64,000 bases of DNA from Octopus vulgaris (GCA_951406725.2 OX597819.1:75020001-75084000); one strand, 5' to 3'; counted from the first letter of the stretch, positions 12,295 through 25,034 are shown. Notes: generated by a model from the sequence alone, not told the origin. A program made the numbers and translations.

Positions 12295-12626
12295 GGATCT
12301 AGTTTGTTTGATTCACAAAATCTGCAATTTTTAAAAGGAAGTAAAAAAAAATCTAAAAATTGTATTTATTGATGCAGTTTTTTTCCGCGCTTGTTCCTGT
12401 GAAGAAATGAACTTCTGGAGAAAAAATTTGAGGAAAAATTTACGTTCAAAACTTGAAAAAAACTGCCTATCTTAAACCAATAATGAGACAGAAATTTTCT
12501 GCACTGTAGCGGTGTCAACTTTAAGGTTGTACCCTGTGAAAATTATACTTAAGCATCCGGATTAATTTTCAAAATTTTTACTTTCTTTTGAAAATGTAGA
12601 TTTTGTGAGTGAAACAGACTAGATCC
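12295..12626. mobile_element. Non-autonomous DNA transposon (MITE) with ~55 bp imperfect TIRs, superfamily unassigned
   Basis: Left GGATCTAGTTTGTTTGATTCACAAAATCTGCA; right end reverse complement GGATCTAGTCTGTTTCACTCACAAAATCTACA. Confidence 0.75.
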
Positions 12627-12694
12627 CACATAAATTATGTGTACATATGTGTGTGTGTGTATGTGTGCGCGCGCGCGTGTGGTGTATCTGTGTG

Positions 12695-12893
12695 TGGTTG
12701 AGTGTCTGTGTTTGTCCCCCACCGTCGCTTGACAACCGATGCTGGAGTGTTTACTTTTCAGTAACTTAGCAGTTCGGCAAATGAGACTGATAGAATAAGT
12801 ACTTGACTTACAAAGAATAAGTTTGTTAGACTAAAGGTGGTGCTCCAGTATGGCCGCAGTCAAATGACTGAAACGAATAAAACAATAAAAGAA
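12695..12893 (+). mobile_element. SINE family A, 3' half
   Basis: GTGTTTGTCCCCC...GCTTGACAACCGATGCTGG...GGCCGCAGTCAAATGACTGAAAC plus A-rich tail. Confidence 0.85.
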
Positions 12894-12997
12894 TACATTC
12901 ATATAATCTATTGGGACACTTTGACAAGAATTGAAGACTGAGCCAAGCTATAGATTATGTAAACATACATTCATATATATATATGTGTGTGTGAGTG

Positions 12998-13028
<31 letters not shown>

Positions 13029-13432
13029 TTGCTGGTGTCTGTTTTTCCTTTAGTTTTTGTTTACTTATACACATCAACAAATGGGCCAATGAGGTACTCA
13101 CTGTGTGGTTGTTCAATTTGCTAGAAATAACAACCAAATTTTCCTCATACTACGCTCTTGTTAGTATTAAGCAAAGGAGGAAAATGTTTACTCCTCTCCA
13201 TCATTACGATTAAAATTAATATTTTTGATTTTGTCCGGCTCTATGAATTTTTCATTTTTATTTTAAACGCTTCCATCCAAAACAGAAAAATTCTAACTTA
13301 ACAAAAAATATAGAAAGTGAAAGAGAAGGTTCTGTTTTCCAAAGCCAAAAGATGTTTTTAAATGAGGTGTAATTTTATAGTTAAAATAAATTCCTTCAAA
13401 TGGGTAGAAAACCTAAAACAAATGTGTGCGCG

Positions 13433-13505
<73 letters not shown>

Positions 13506-14194
13506 TTAAGTTCAATCACAGAAAGGAATTCAAAACAGCAATACATGCGATCATATACATACAAACATACTCATATACACACATACACAAACATATACCT
13601 ATCAGCCACTCCCAAAAGCCAGTTTCATCCAAAATTCTGACCATCATTCTTTATATATTTGCACACAAACACACACGTACACACACATTCAGCTTTTCGC
13701 TTTTATTCATTGCTTTTTTTTTCTTTTAGTCGTCTGTCACTATTCATTTGTTTTTAGTTTTTGTTATTATTTTGGGGGTTTCACATTAGTAACACCAGTT
13801 ACACATGGTACCAAGTGGGAAAAGAGTTTTTAAAATTTTTGAACATTTGAAACAAAAAGGCATGTTTCTTTTAAACTGACTGTCGCAGAGATGTGAAAAT
13901 ATGGTTACTACTCGTTAATTTCAAATTAAACTTACCAAAGAGGAGGGTCTTCCAGCGTCCACCAAGTCTCTTAAGGCCCAAAATGCCCCCTTGAGCTCCA
14001 AATGGTCCTGGAGGGGGGCATATGGTCCCCGTTGAGAACCTATGATTTAAAGGATATTTGGATATTCTAATAAATCGAACGACGACTTAGAAATTCCTTT
14101 CTGGGTTCGTCTCACAATTGGTATTGTTATTTTCATTAAAGCCCTTCTTGTTTTGCTAGCACTAGCAGGCTGAAGAGTAGCTAATAACAAGCTA

Positions 14195-14240
<46 letters not shown>

Positions 14241-14419
14241 GTGTATGTGTGTTTTCAGTGTTGACAGATAACACGAAAAAATAAACAAACAGTTATCAGG
14301 GTGGCAAAAATTCACACAAGTAACAAGGATGTAACAGCCTATTTATAAAGGTAGAAACTTCAGGTTTAGGTGACATGTTTTGTATCATATAGATAAATAA
14401 ATGGAGTAAACGCAGGTGT

Positions 14420-14651
14420 TATTCAAATTCTTTTACTTCTGACATATATTTCGGAGACAACATTAGTATTATTCCAGAAGAAATAAAATGGTGTAAAATA
14501 ATGTGTGTAAAACAATGGTGTAAAACATCGATGTGTTTGGTTTCATTCTTTCCCCGATGAAAAGATTGCATTGTTTTACACCATTTTATTCCTTCTGGAA
14601 TAAACCAGTATTGTCTTCGAAACATATGTAGGAAGTAAAAGAATTTGAATA
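14420..14651. repeat. Inverted repeat (~84 bp arms); the right part holds a hammerhead motif with long stem II (14549-14635, +)
   Basis: TTTCC-CCGATGA-AAAGA...TCTTC-GAAAC-ATAT-GTA-GGAAG, with palindromic stem III ACATATGT. The left arm is an inverted copy of the 3' part. Confidence 0.8.
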
Positions 14652-15401
14652 TGTTTCTTATGTCGCGGTCGCCAAATGTAACGTACGTGTATGTAGGGTC
14701 ACCAAATGTAATGTACGGCTGTGGCTCTCACGTCGGAGTTACCAATCGTAGAGTACAGAAGAAAAGTTACTTGATGTAGAAATAGCGATTCTTGTTTCAC
14801 GTCGGGGGTCGCTGTATATGGATAGTCAAAAGTAGTATGTGACAGCGTGATAGCAACATCAAAGAGAAATGAATAATAGTCACATTTATTTGTCAGCAGT
14901 GGCTAGTAACACAGACATAGTAGCTATTGTTGTGACAATGACAATGTTGTTGCTCGCGCGCCTTTAGTGTGTGGAAGCCAAGTTATGGTCTGCTGACAAA
15001 GAGGAAGAAAGGGTAAAAATTGCGTTGTCCTTTTCCATTCGGTCGATACTGTACTCTCGGTTATCCGGATGAAAACCGAAGAGAGAAATATGCTCTCAGC
15101 CGAACTAGAGCCAAAGAAAGCAAGACAGAGATGCTCTCGGTTAGACGGTCTAAAACCAAAGAGGAAGAAGCGAACCTTTCAATCGGTTATATAAGGTTCA
15201 GCCAGGAAGCAGGTCAAACCTAAAACTATACATTGACTTTTCTACGATCACCGAAGGCTTTCTGAGGTTGGGTGTTTCTCAATAATCTCTCAGCATAGAG
15301 GTCAAACACAGATGATCAAACATTCGCCTGACAAGCAACAAGTGTGTGGATTCTATTTCGAATCTTCAGCTAAGCAGAGGAAAACAATCTCCTTCACACA
15401 C

Positions 15402-15458
<57 letters not shown>

Positions 15459-15523
15459 ACACATACACACACACACATATATATATATTTATATGTATAC
15501 CGATCGTTCGACATTTACGTGTG

Positions 15524-15573
<50 letters not shown>

Positions 15574-15574
<1 letters not shown>

Positions 15575-16530
15575 CAGGTTGCCAACTAAGTTCCCGCTGT
15601 TTTTTCAAATTTAAATTTTTTAAAAGGTTTAATAAAAACTAACAACTAATTAATAATGTATTCACACTTGATTACAACTTCCAATGTTCAACAAGATTTT
15701 GACTCGAAAAATTCATCCAACCAAGCTCTCAATTCTGCATCAGTATTGAACAAAACTCCGCGCACAGCATTTGAAAGAAATCGAAAGAGGTGGAAATCTG
15801 TTGGTGCCAAATCAGGAGAGTACGGCGAGTGTGGCAGCACTTCCCAGTCATGCGTTTGACTGGCTTCCTTGGTCATATTGGCGATATGAGGGCGGGCGTT
15901 GTCGTGCAGCAGAACTCCATGCTGACGATTAGGTCTTTTCTCTTGAATAGTCGTGTTGAGTCGTTCCATCTGTTGAACACCATACGTACAACATCGTTTC
16001 ATGCGCGGTGTCGCTTGTTTACCGAGGCTAAGCCATTCCTTACGCTACTTCATATTGACGTACAGGCACCATTTTTCGTCGCCAGCAACGATTCGGTAAA
16101 GAAATTGTTGCTTGTGTTATTGAGTTGAGCAAGCAAACCAGCGGAGATTGTGGCTCGTTGATTTTTGTTGTCACTTAAAGCATGTGGAACCTATGCTCCA
16201 TACTTCTGAACTTTTCCCATCGAGTGAAGATGCTTCTCTATAGCAGTGTGGGAGCATTCCATTTTCTCTGCCAGTTCCCTTATCGTTTGACGTGAATTTT
16301 CGTGTAAAAGTTGGTTTAATTGCTCTTCATCGAACTAAACTGGACGGCCAGAACGAGGTGCGTCTTTGAGGTCAAAATTTCCATTTTTGAACTTGGCATA
16401 CCAATCACGAGCGGTTCTTTCAGCTATGGCACCCTCTCCATACACAGCACAAATGTCGCAAGCAGCTTTTGCAGCCTTAGAACCTTGATTAAAGGCAAAA
16501 AGAAAGAGGTGTCGAAAATGTTCGTTTTAT
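15574..16530 (-). mobile_element. mariner transposon remnant (transposase pseudogene, 3' TIR present)
   Basis: NEHFRHL...KFKNGNFDLKDAPRSGRP, LLHDNARPH, WEVLPHSPYSPDLAPTDFHLF; TIR-like TCAGGTTGCCAACTAAGTTCCCGCTG. The 5' end is lost in a (TA)n tract. Confidence 0.93.
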
Positions 16531-16536
16531 TATATA

Positions 16537-16573
<37 letters not shown>

Positions 16574-16667
16574 GTAAATGAGTAACGAAGATGTACAGAT
16601 GTCCATCCATCCAGCCATCCATCCATCCATCCATACATACATACATACATACATACATACAAAAAAA

Positions 16668-16773
16668 ATACCCAGTTGTTGGTGTTGAAATTCCAATGAA
16701 GGAGCCTTGGATCTAGGTTAGAAACCTGTTCTTTCTCTATTGGCAAGAAATCTTGAAATAAACTGAATAATGG
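16668..16773 (+). mobile_element. ~105 bp repeat embedded in (CATA)n; probable 3' end of a microsatellite-targeting retroelement
   Basis: Second copy inverted at 26587-26685. Both end in AACTGAATAATG(G/A)CATACA and are flanked by (CATA)n. Confidence 0.65.
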
Positions 16774-16804
16774 CATACATACATACAAACATACAAATAT
16801 AGCA

Positions 16805-16965
16805 GCTGCTACAGTGAAATGCCATTGTAAGACTAACCACAACATGGTCCACATACTTATCACTGGCAACTACGAAAGCAACACCTATTGTTACAAACAA
16901 AATTAAGCTATTAACAGGCATATTCCAAGGTGATAGTTTATTTGTAAGGTTGTTTGTACTTGGCA
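16805..16965 (+). pseudogene. Non-LTR retrotransposon RT fragment (R4/Dong-like)
   Basis: Translates AIVRLTTTWSTYL...KIKLLTGIFQGDSLFVRLFVL. GIFQGDSL is typical of R2/R4-group RTs. Confidence 0.7.
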
Positions 16966-17296
16966 GAAGATTTGCAAGACATTCCAAAAATTCTCTATCA
17001 GAGATTCTTATGGGAATAGATGCACACATTTGGGTGTACGCATCGACAGTTCAACCAAAACAGCAACTCAGCCATATATTTACAAAGAGCAGGAACTCTC
17101 CAAACTCGAAAAATCTTGTCGCTTTGTTAGGACCCGGCTTGAGCAGCTTATAACTCCTTGATGGTGTGGTAAAATATCCTCTCTTTACCATTTAAGAATA
17201 TCCACAATAATGTAAGGTTTATGGTGGTATTAGTAAATGTTTATGGAAGATATGGTCAGCGTGTAACTTACAATTTTCCCTGTTGTTGTTAGTGAG

Positions 17297-17376
17297 ATGA
17301 TACATACATACATAAGCACATACATACATACATACATAAGCACATACATACATACGTACATACATACATACATACA

Positions 17377-17410
<34 letters not shown>

Positions 17411-17592
17411 CATACATACATACATACATACATACATACATACATACATACATACATACATACATACATACATAAGCACATACATACATACATGCATACA
17501 TACATACACACATACATACATACATACATACATACATACATACATACATACATACATACATACATACATACACACATACATACACACATACA
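17297..17592. repeat. (CATA)n microsatellite
   Basis: Directly visible. Confidence 0.95.
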
Positions 17593-18167
17593 TATTGTGC
17601 CCTATACATTTGTCAGATTTTCGAATTTAAGGGATACTTTCATGCTAGCTAGTCTTATAACATGTATATATTTGTGTGCACGCATTTGCGTATGCATGAT
17701 CATGTATGTATAATTAGCACGTTATTGATGAACCTGCCTGAAATATATTACGCAGCACAGAACAAGATACGTGCTACACAAAACTAAGATTGCTTTTCAG
17801 TTACTGTTTATAGCAAAAAGGAGGCCAATGTGTGTGTGTGTATGTGTGTGTGTGTTAGGACCTATGTATTCCTGCACAAAACAATGCTGAAAATACTGTG
17901 TTGAGAATCAGGGCAGAAAGTGAAAAGAGAGAACCAGGAGGAACAAATCAATATCTTGACTCACATAGACGGATACATACACATATATGCAAAAAGAAGT
18001 GCACACACGTACATCCCCGCCCCACCCCCATCATTGACACGTGATGAAACACGCGTGCGCGCACAAATCTATATCTAAATCTTTCCCTGCTTGTTATATA
18101 TATATACACGCCAATTTAAAGCAAAAGAGTTAATATTCGAATACGCTCACTTGTTCCATAACGTAGT

Positions 18168-18198
<31 letters not shown>

Positions 18199-18237
18199 GC
18201 GCGTGTCTATCGTTATGCGGATATATATCTATGTCAC

Positions 18238-18285
18238 TGATAGATAGATAGATAGATATATCGATCGATAGATAGATAGATAGAC

Positions 18286-18365
<80 letters not shown>
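18238..18365. repeat. (GATA)n microsatellite
   Basis: Directly visible. Confidence 0.95.
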
Positions 18366-18574
18366 TATCTTAAGCACAAGGAAATTATCGAACGCTTTTT
18401 CGAAATAAGGTCAAGGTGAAAACGTCCGATATGTATTCGTTTCGATCCGTTGCCTCATCTATTACTCACTCAACAAGCCGTTAAATATGTCTAACATTTA
18501 GGTTGCTATGACGACTGTACTTCATCTTTTCTCATTTCTTTTATCTAGCCTCCCCCGCCAAAAATGATATTAAT

Positions 18575-18960
18575 AATTCTTTCTGATATGGGCTCAAGGC
18601 CTGAAATTTTGAGGTCGGGGTAAGTCGATTGCATCGACCTCAGTACTCGACTGTTAGTTATTTTATCGATTCCGAAAGAACGAAAGGCAAAGTCGACTTT
18701 GGCGGAATTTGAACTCAGAGATTAAAGCCAGAACAAATGCCACAAAGCTTTTTGTCCGGCGTGCTGTCAGTTTAGCTAGGTCGCCGCCTTGACGATGATG
18801 ATGATGATTTTAAATTTTGGCACAAGGCCAGCAGTTTAGAGAGGGGAGGGGCTAAGTCTATTACATAGACTGTAGTGTCCAACTGGTACTTATTTTATCG
18901 ACCCCGAAAGGATGAAAAGTAAAGTCGACCTCGGCGGAATTTGAACTCAGAACGTAAAGA
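18575..18960 (-). mobile_element. Two adjacent SINE family D copies
   Basis: Both carry GAAAGG.AAAGTCGAC.T.GGCGGAATTTGAACTCAGA, homologous to 27218-27449. Confidence 0.85.
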
Positions 18961-19029
18961 TGATGATGATAATAACTCTAAACTAAATGACAGTCTAAAA
19001 CCCTGATAAATTTTATCATTTTTTAATTA

Positions 19030-19062
<33 letters not shown>

Positions 19063-19101
19063 CAATAATAATAATAATAATAATAATGATAATAATAATA
19101 A

Positions 19102-19656
19102 TGCCCTGATGCAGTACCAGGCAGTGGCTCTCATGGCTTCTGATCTTAACTGATTGGAAGTGTTATCATGTACATTGTTTTGTCTTGGTATAAAAGATGG
19201 GCTACAGCAAATATTCTGCTCAATACCACAGATTTGCTTGTCAGTTGTTTGACCTTAACCAGTTGAGCATGTCCCTTAGTGGCTGACGATATGTGCATCT
19301 CTGATCACGAGCAGAAGTAGTGGGGGAGCATCATAGCCATGTGTTGAGAGGGATTCTTTGGGGTTTGAATAATTCACCTCTGGAAACATGGGTGGTTCTT
19401 TCAACATCCTTAAACAACCCTTATTCAGGGATCTTTTGAGCGGGATGGGCTACTCAACCTGAAGAAAATTCTAACTGGGCCCCACCTGCAAGGTCATGTG
19501 CTGTTTATCTTGATATGAGATCACCATGTCGCGCACATATGGTTGTGATGCATGTGCCTGGTGTACCTTTATCAGACGGGTAGTCATGATGGGTATATTG
19601 GGCTTCGTATATTTTACCCCAGTGTCACTTTGATGGCATGAACTGCTCTCTCACTC
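19102..19656. mobile_element. ~555 bp non-coding repeat inserted in (AAT)n
   Basis: Flanked by (AAT)n on both sides. Homologous copies at 19705-19864, 19883-20435 and 40817-41334. Confidence 0.85.
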
Positions 19657-19704
<48 letters not shown>

Positions 19705-19705
<1 letters not shown>

Positions 19706-20435
19706 TGGGCCATAGCAAATATTCTGCTCAATGTCACAGACCTTCTTGTCAGTTGATACATGTACCTGGTGTACACTTATCAAACGGTGGCCATAATAGG
19801 TATATTGAGCTTCGTGTATCTGTACTCCTGTATCACTTTAATGGCATGCACTGCTCTCTCACTCAATAATAATTATAATAACTGCCCTGATGCAATACCA
19901 AGAGGTGGCTATGCCTGATGCAATACCAGGCAGTGGCACTCATAGCTTCTGATTGAAAGAGTTAACATGTACATATTTGCCTTGGTGCAAAAGATAAGGC
20001 TACAGCAAATACTCTGCTAAAAATACAACAGATTTGCTTGACCTTAACCAGTTGAGCATTGCCTTAGTCGCTGACAATATGTGCATCTCTCTTCAAGAGC
20101 AGGAGTAGTGGGAGAACATTTTAACCATGTGTTGAGAGGGATATTTTTGGGTTTAAATAATTCACCCCCAGTAAATGGGTGTTTCGTTCATCATCTTTAA
20201 ACAACCCTATTCAGGGACATTTTGAGCGTGATGAGTAACTCGACCCGAAGAGAATTCTAACTGGGCCCCACATGCAAGATCATGCGCTGTTTATTTTGAT
20301 ATGAGCTCACCATGTCGCGCACATATCGTTGTGATGCATGTACCTTTATCAGACAGGTAGTCGTGTTGAGTATATTGGGCTTTATTTATTTTGTATTCCA
20401 GCGTTACTTTGATGGCGTGCGCTGCTCTCTCACTC
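19705..20435. mobile_element. Two more (AAT)n-anchored copies (one internally deleted, one near full length, more diverged)
   Basis: Same motifs (ACAGCAAATA.TCTGCT, TTCTAACTGGGCCCCA, CTGCTCTCTCACTC-AATAAT). Confidence 0.8.
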
Positions 20436-21420
20436 AATAATAATAGTAATAGTTTGAATCCCGTCGACATTGACTTTGAATAGAACACGTGCTGGATGTA
20501 ATCTACTCCAGAATTTGGAGACGGATGTGTAGAACCATTTGGGACAAAATGCTCAGTGGTACTTAGCTTCGGTGGTCTGGGTGTAGCACTTATGATCGCA
20601 AATCGTGGCTTCGATTCCCGGAAAGTCCTTTACTTCATGTTCCTCCAATCCTCCAGTTCACTAAACTAGAACTCGAGTAAGTGTATTTAGCTTCGGCTCT
20701 TTACTTTCTGAGTTCAAATCCCGTAGAGATTAGCACTGCTTTTCACTTTTCAATAAAATACCAGCCAAGTACTGGAATCTACTCAATTGACAGATACTGC
20801 TTCCTCCCAGGGTTCTTCAAATATGAAACAAACGGCCGAACATCTTCAACGCTCTAAAGGTTGGTGGGAACGTAAATCCTAGTGATAACAGTATTCTTGC
20901 AAGGACCTGCGATCCCCACCCCTGCACCTATTATTTGCTTTTAAGGCGTGTCTCCGATATAAGTGCAATCTGTAGACAACAGAAGTATTTGATTGGTGAG
21001 TACTTTATCTATGTCGAAGAACGAACCAACGAGGGGGGAGTCTCTACGTGGTCGCTCAACCTGATACACATAGCAGACAAATCTCCATCGAAAAAACACT
21101 CCTAATTTCTTAAATATATAATTTATTTTAGTGTATTTTAAGTCTGAAAACAAAAGCTGGCCGCACATAGTTTGCTTTTCATGACAAATCTTCTCGGAGA
21201 TCGACTATCATAATTGAAATCTGATAATAGATTTGAGTTCCTTTGGGTTTCAACACCATCACCCATAACAACAACAACAACAACAACAACAACAATATGT
21301 TGTTTAATTAATGACGTGTAGTCACGGGTACAAATATGCAAATAAGGTAATTCACTAAGGAGCTAGCCTAATTTATATCTGGGCCAGAATATTTAATGCT
21401 ATTAATTGGGTATGTAAATG

Positions 21421-21461
<41 letters not shown>

Positions 21462-21489
21462 CACACACACATATAGATTTGTGTGTGAA

Positions 21490-21625
21490 AGCGCCTGACC
21501 AAGTGGTTAGGGTTTATGGCGCACGAACATAAAATCACGGGTTCAGTTCCTTGACCGGGCGACACGTTGTGTCCTTGAGCAAGACAATTCATTTTCTGTT
21601 GCTACAATCAACTCAGCTGCAACGA
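21490..21625 (+). mobile_element. SINE head C fragment
   Basis: TGACCAAGTGGTTAGGG...GGTTCAGTTCC...GTGTCCTTGAGCAAGACA. Confidence 0.7.
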
Positions 21626-21982
21626 GAGTGCTAATGCAGCCCTTTCACTCAACTTGGGTGTTCCACCGGCTACCGAAGGAGGGTGAAGGGGCCGAGGTGT
21701 GTATTATCCTGTTCGTAGCCATATACGCACCAAAAGGAATAAGTGAAAGCATGGTAAGTTTTACCAACTCATACTCACTCGCGACTCACGCACGCGTACT
21801 CGCTACTTGCACACAGTATACACGCTCGCATACACATGCTTGTGCGCACACACTTTTTATCTAGGCCACTGTTGTCTCCCTTACCACCCATGTCACCAGC
21901 CACTTCCTCCCAGTCAGTTCAACATGTAGCACCGTAAATTCAGACATTTTTGTCTTTCCTCTCCATCTGTTTTCTCTCATTT

Positions 21983-22018
21983 TTTTCTGTAGAAGAGCGT
22001 AGGCTCGAAAAGTCAAAA
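21983..22018 (+). ncRNA. Variant or degenerate hammerhead-like motif
   Basis: TTTT-CTGTAGA-A-GAGC-GTAG-GCTC-GAAA-A-GTC-AAAA. Core A6 is changed; stem II is perfect. Confidence 0.45.
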
Positions 22019-22267
22019 CTTCTTCCTTTTTCTCAGAGCGTCAAACTAATACACCTCGTTTGTTGTTTTTTCGCCTGTCTTTGTTTTTTGTATATCCTCT
22101 GTATACTTTTGAAGAATACATATACAGAGCTGGCCAAAAGTCACCCAACAATAAATCTAAATTTCATAAATACTATTTATTCTGTGTTAATCCGAATGGA
22201 AAAATGTGTCGCTCAAGGACTTCAGTTTAAACAATTTTCATGATGTTTCATAGTTAGAGAGAGAGAG

Positions 22268-22317
<50 letters not shown>

Positions 22318-23072
22318 GGGGAGAGAGAGGGAAGAGAAAAACGCATCAGACTGGCATATCGATAATAACATTCTCAGAATTCTTCCAGTTTTTTCCAACT
22401 TATATTTGATAAAGGGATATTTTCCCGAAATATAATTGAACCATTAAACCACCGATTTAAGAGAGATAATATCTTATCTTCAATTTATCAGCATCACCTT
22501 ACATATTTTGCCTAACATCTCAACTGCGTTGCTTATAGATCGTCTTAAGATTTATAACATATATGTGCGTGCGCGTGTGTGTACGCATGGATGTATATAA
22601 ATGATAGTGTATGTATATGTATATGTCACCGAAAGGCTCCGAAACAGTGCATCCTAGAGGAAAACGGATTTGATTTTTAAAATCTAGGTTCCAAGCAGTA
22701 GTAGGCCTCTTGGTTATTAGTAATAATAAATTTAAAAAAACAAAGAAACATAATTTGCTGCGAGAAATAACTCAGCTTCGCCAACATTGAATGTCTTTAG
22801 AAGTCACTATATAAAAATACACGCATGCTGCTCCCCCACTCTCTCTTGATATGATATGTAATGTAAATGAGTCACAGGAGATGTTTAGGTACCTCTCCCT
22901 TTCTGTCTATCATTTACTGTCTGTTACGCAGTAAACTTTACCTCTCTCTATATATTTTTGCCACACTCTCATTCTTTCTCTGTACATGTATATCGCTCAT
23001 GTGGATGACTGTACATGTGTGTGTGCGTATATGTGTGTCAGTGAGTGTGTATCAGTGAGTGTGTATCAGCGT

Positions 23073-23126
<54 letters not shown>

Positions 23127-23148
23127 ATGTGTATAAAGAATTTCATTA

Positions 23149-23560
23149 GGACGACATATTCTAAAGACCCGCTCAAAACATCGACAGCGAGCTCAGGACA
23201 CGCCCAAACAAAGAAGGAATAAACTTGAGGACATGCGAAAACTAGTCTCCGTCGCACGGTCCCAGGAGAGACCCGAGCATAGGGCGCATCGATTAAAGGT
23301 TAAACACACAAGAGCCTTCACTGCATGGACCCAGGAGACGATATCCAATTTAAATCCAAACGACTGTAATTTCCAGTGAGTTTCTTAGTTTTGCTACGAC
23401 CATCAACAGATCGCAATGGCAAACATTTTCGCTTACCGGCTTACACCTTGAAGAGCCCTACTTCATGCATGGCCAGCTTTACGTTGGATGTTCAAGAGTA
23501 GGAAAGAAAAAAAAATTACATCTATGCACCAAATGGAAAAAACAATAAACTTATCGAGAA
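23149..23560 (+). pseudogene. Helitron RepHel remnant (N-terminal charged repeats joined to PIF1 helicase C-terminus)
   Basis: KRL*FPV..FATTINRSQWQTF...HGQLYVGCSRV matches Helitron helicase motifs V/VI (FAMTINKSQGQT, HGQLYVA.SRV). Upstream frame has RAQDTPKQR/RSQERPEHR repeats. Confidence 0.8.
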
Positions 23561-23634
23561 ATTATAAATTGTCCCAAATAATGCAAAATTCAGTCCTGAC
23601 CAAGATGCTTAACTGTTGGGGGAAGACATGGTCT

Positions 23635-23698
<64 letters not shown>

Positions 23699-23913
23699 CA
23701 TACATACACATGTAAGTTAAATTTACAATTAAAGAATTAAGGTTTAGAAAAGAGGCGTTAAATGGAGTATTCAAACCTTGCTCAGGGTAAGTTCCAGGTA
23801 GTGTGCCTGCAGAGCTCGTTCACTGCTTATGGCTACCAGGTATCATCAGCGTTAGCACCGATCGACACACTCATGCAAATATATTAATATGTATGTGTCA
23901 AAAAAAAAAAAAT

Positions 23914-24146
23914 CGACCCGTTGGTTCATAAGGCCGGTTTTCCCGATTCTGTGACATATATATTCCGTCCTGTTCGAGATGCTGGGCCGTCACCGGATTA
24001 CTCATTTTTGCCAGTTGAGTGGACTGGAGCAGCATGAAATAAATGGTATTATTCAAGAACAAAAACGCATCGTTCGGTCCAGGAATCGAAACTACAACCT
24101 TATGACCATGAGTGCAACACTGAAACAACTAAACAACGAGCTTCCA
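23914..24146 (-). mobile_element. tRNA-derived SINE, head C + tail Y
   Basis: Head homologous to 6050-6182. Tail ...CACAGAATCGGGAAAACCGGCCTTATGAACC homologous to 34875-34975. Confidence 0.75.
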
Positions 24147-25034
24147 CACACACACACACACACATTTTTCTATGTACGTATGTATATTCATATGTATTAT
24201 ATTACAATTAATAAGAGGAATGTCCACTAAAGTGGATTCCTAACATGCTAAAAAGATAGGCGTCAAATGGCCTTACCATGAAGAGTGTATTCTCAAGAAA
24301 AATCTCAGCAAAAACGCCAGACTGCAGAAATGAGCAAGACAAATGAAAATATACAAAATAAAACGATTACCTACGTATCATGATTTCATTGTTAACACTT
24401 CCATAATGCAAAATGCAAATATCTGCAACTCTTCAGCATAGTCTGTCGCGTTACAATCATATAATGTATATATATTTATATGAATGTGTATATCTATATA
24501 TGCATGTATATATCCCTTCTCCTCACTCCCTTTATTTCTTTCTCTCATCCTCCCTCTTGTTCCCTTCCCCTCTGCCTGTTGTTCACACGTGACTAAGGCC
24601 ATTTTTCTCGTCTATCTGTATTTTCTGAGTGGGATGTCGCTGGGCGTCATTTCTCTCTTCTCTCGATATCTTTTTTCTCTTCTATTTATTCTATATCCTT
24701 TCAAAATTTCTCCCAGACGTTACCTATTGCAACTCGTCTTGGCCTAAAGGCCCTAAACATCTGTCTTTGTCAATCGTTTCCGTACGCCCACTTTGCTGTC
24801 ATTTATTCGTTCGAAGCTCTAACTTTTCACAAATTTTATATTTTTGAAATTTCTGGATGCTGCTGTCTTATGAGGTTTTCCTGTCTTGTTAAAAGCACGA
24901 AACAGGTAGTATTAAACAGTCGACAATTGAGGAGGAGTTAGACTTCTTTTGGTAATTTATCTTTCGTTGTGTGTTTGTGTTTACGTATTTTTCGCTCGTT
25001 TGTGATATCCTGTACTTTATGTGTATTTTTCATT

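Noticed and set aside
11872-12372. 166-aa ORF
   Set aside because: GTG start, runs into a MITE terminus, no recognisable motif; at most a decayed transposon fragment.
10500-14044. One large hAT element bounded by TTCTCAAC and GTTGAGAA
   Set aside because: The termini are short and degenerate with no TSD; they may be ends of separate MITEs.
23760-23855. CTGATGA on the minus strand as another hammerhead
   Set aside because: No correctly placed GAAA, cleavage triplet or stem I partner.
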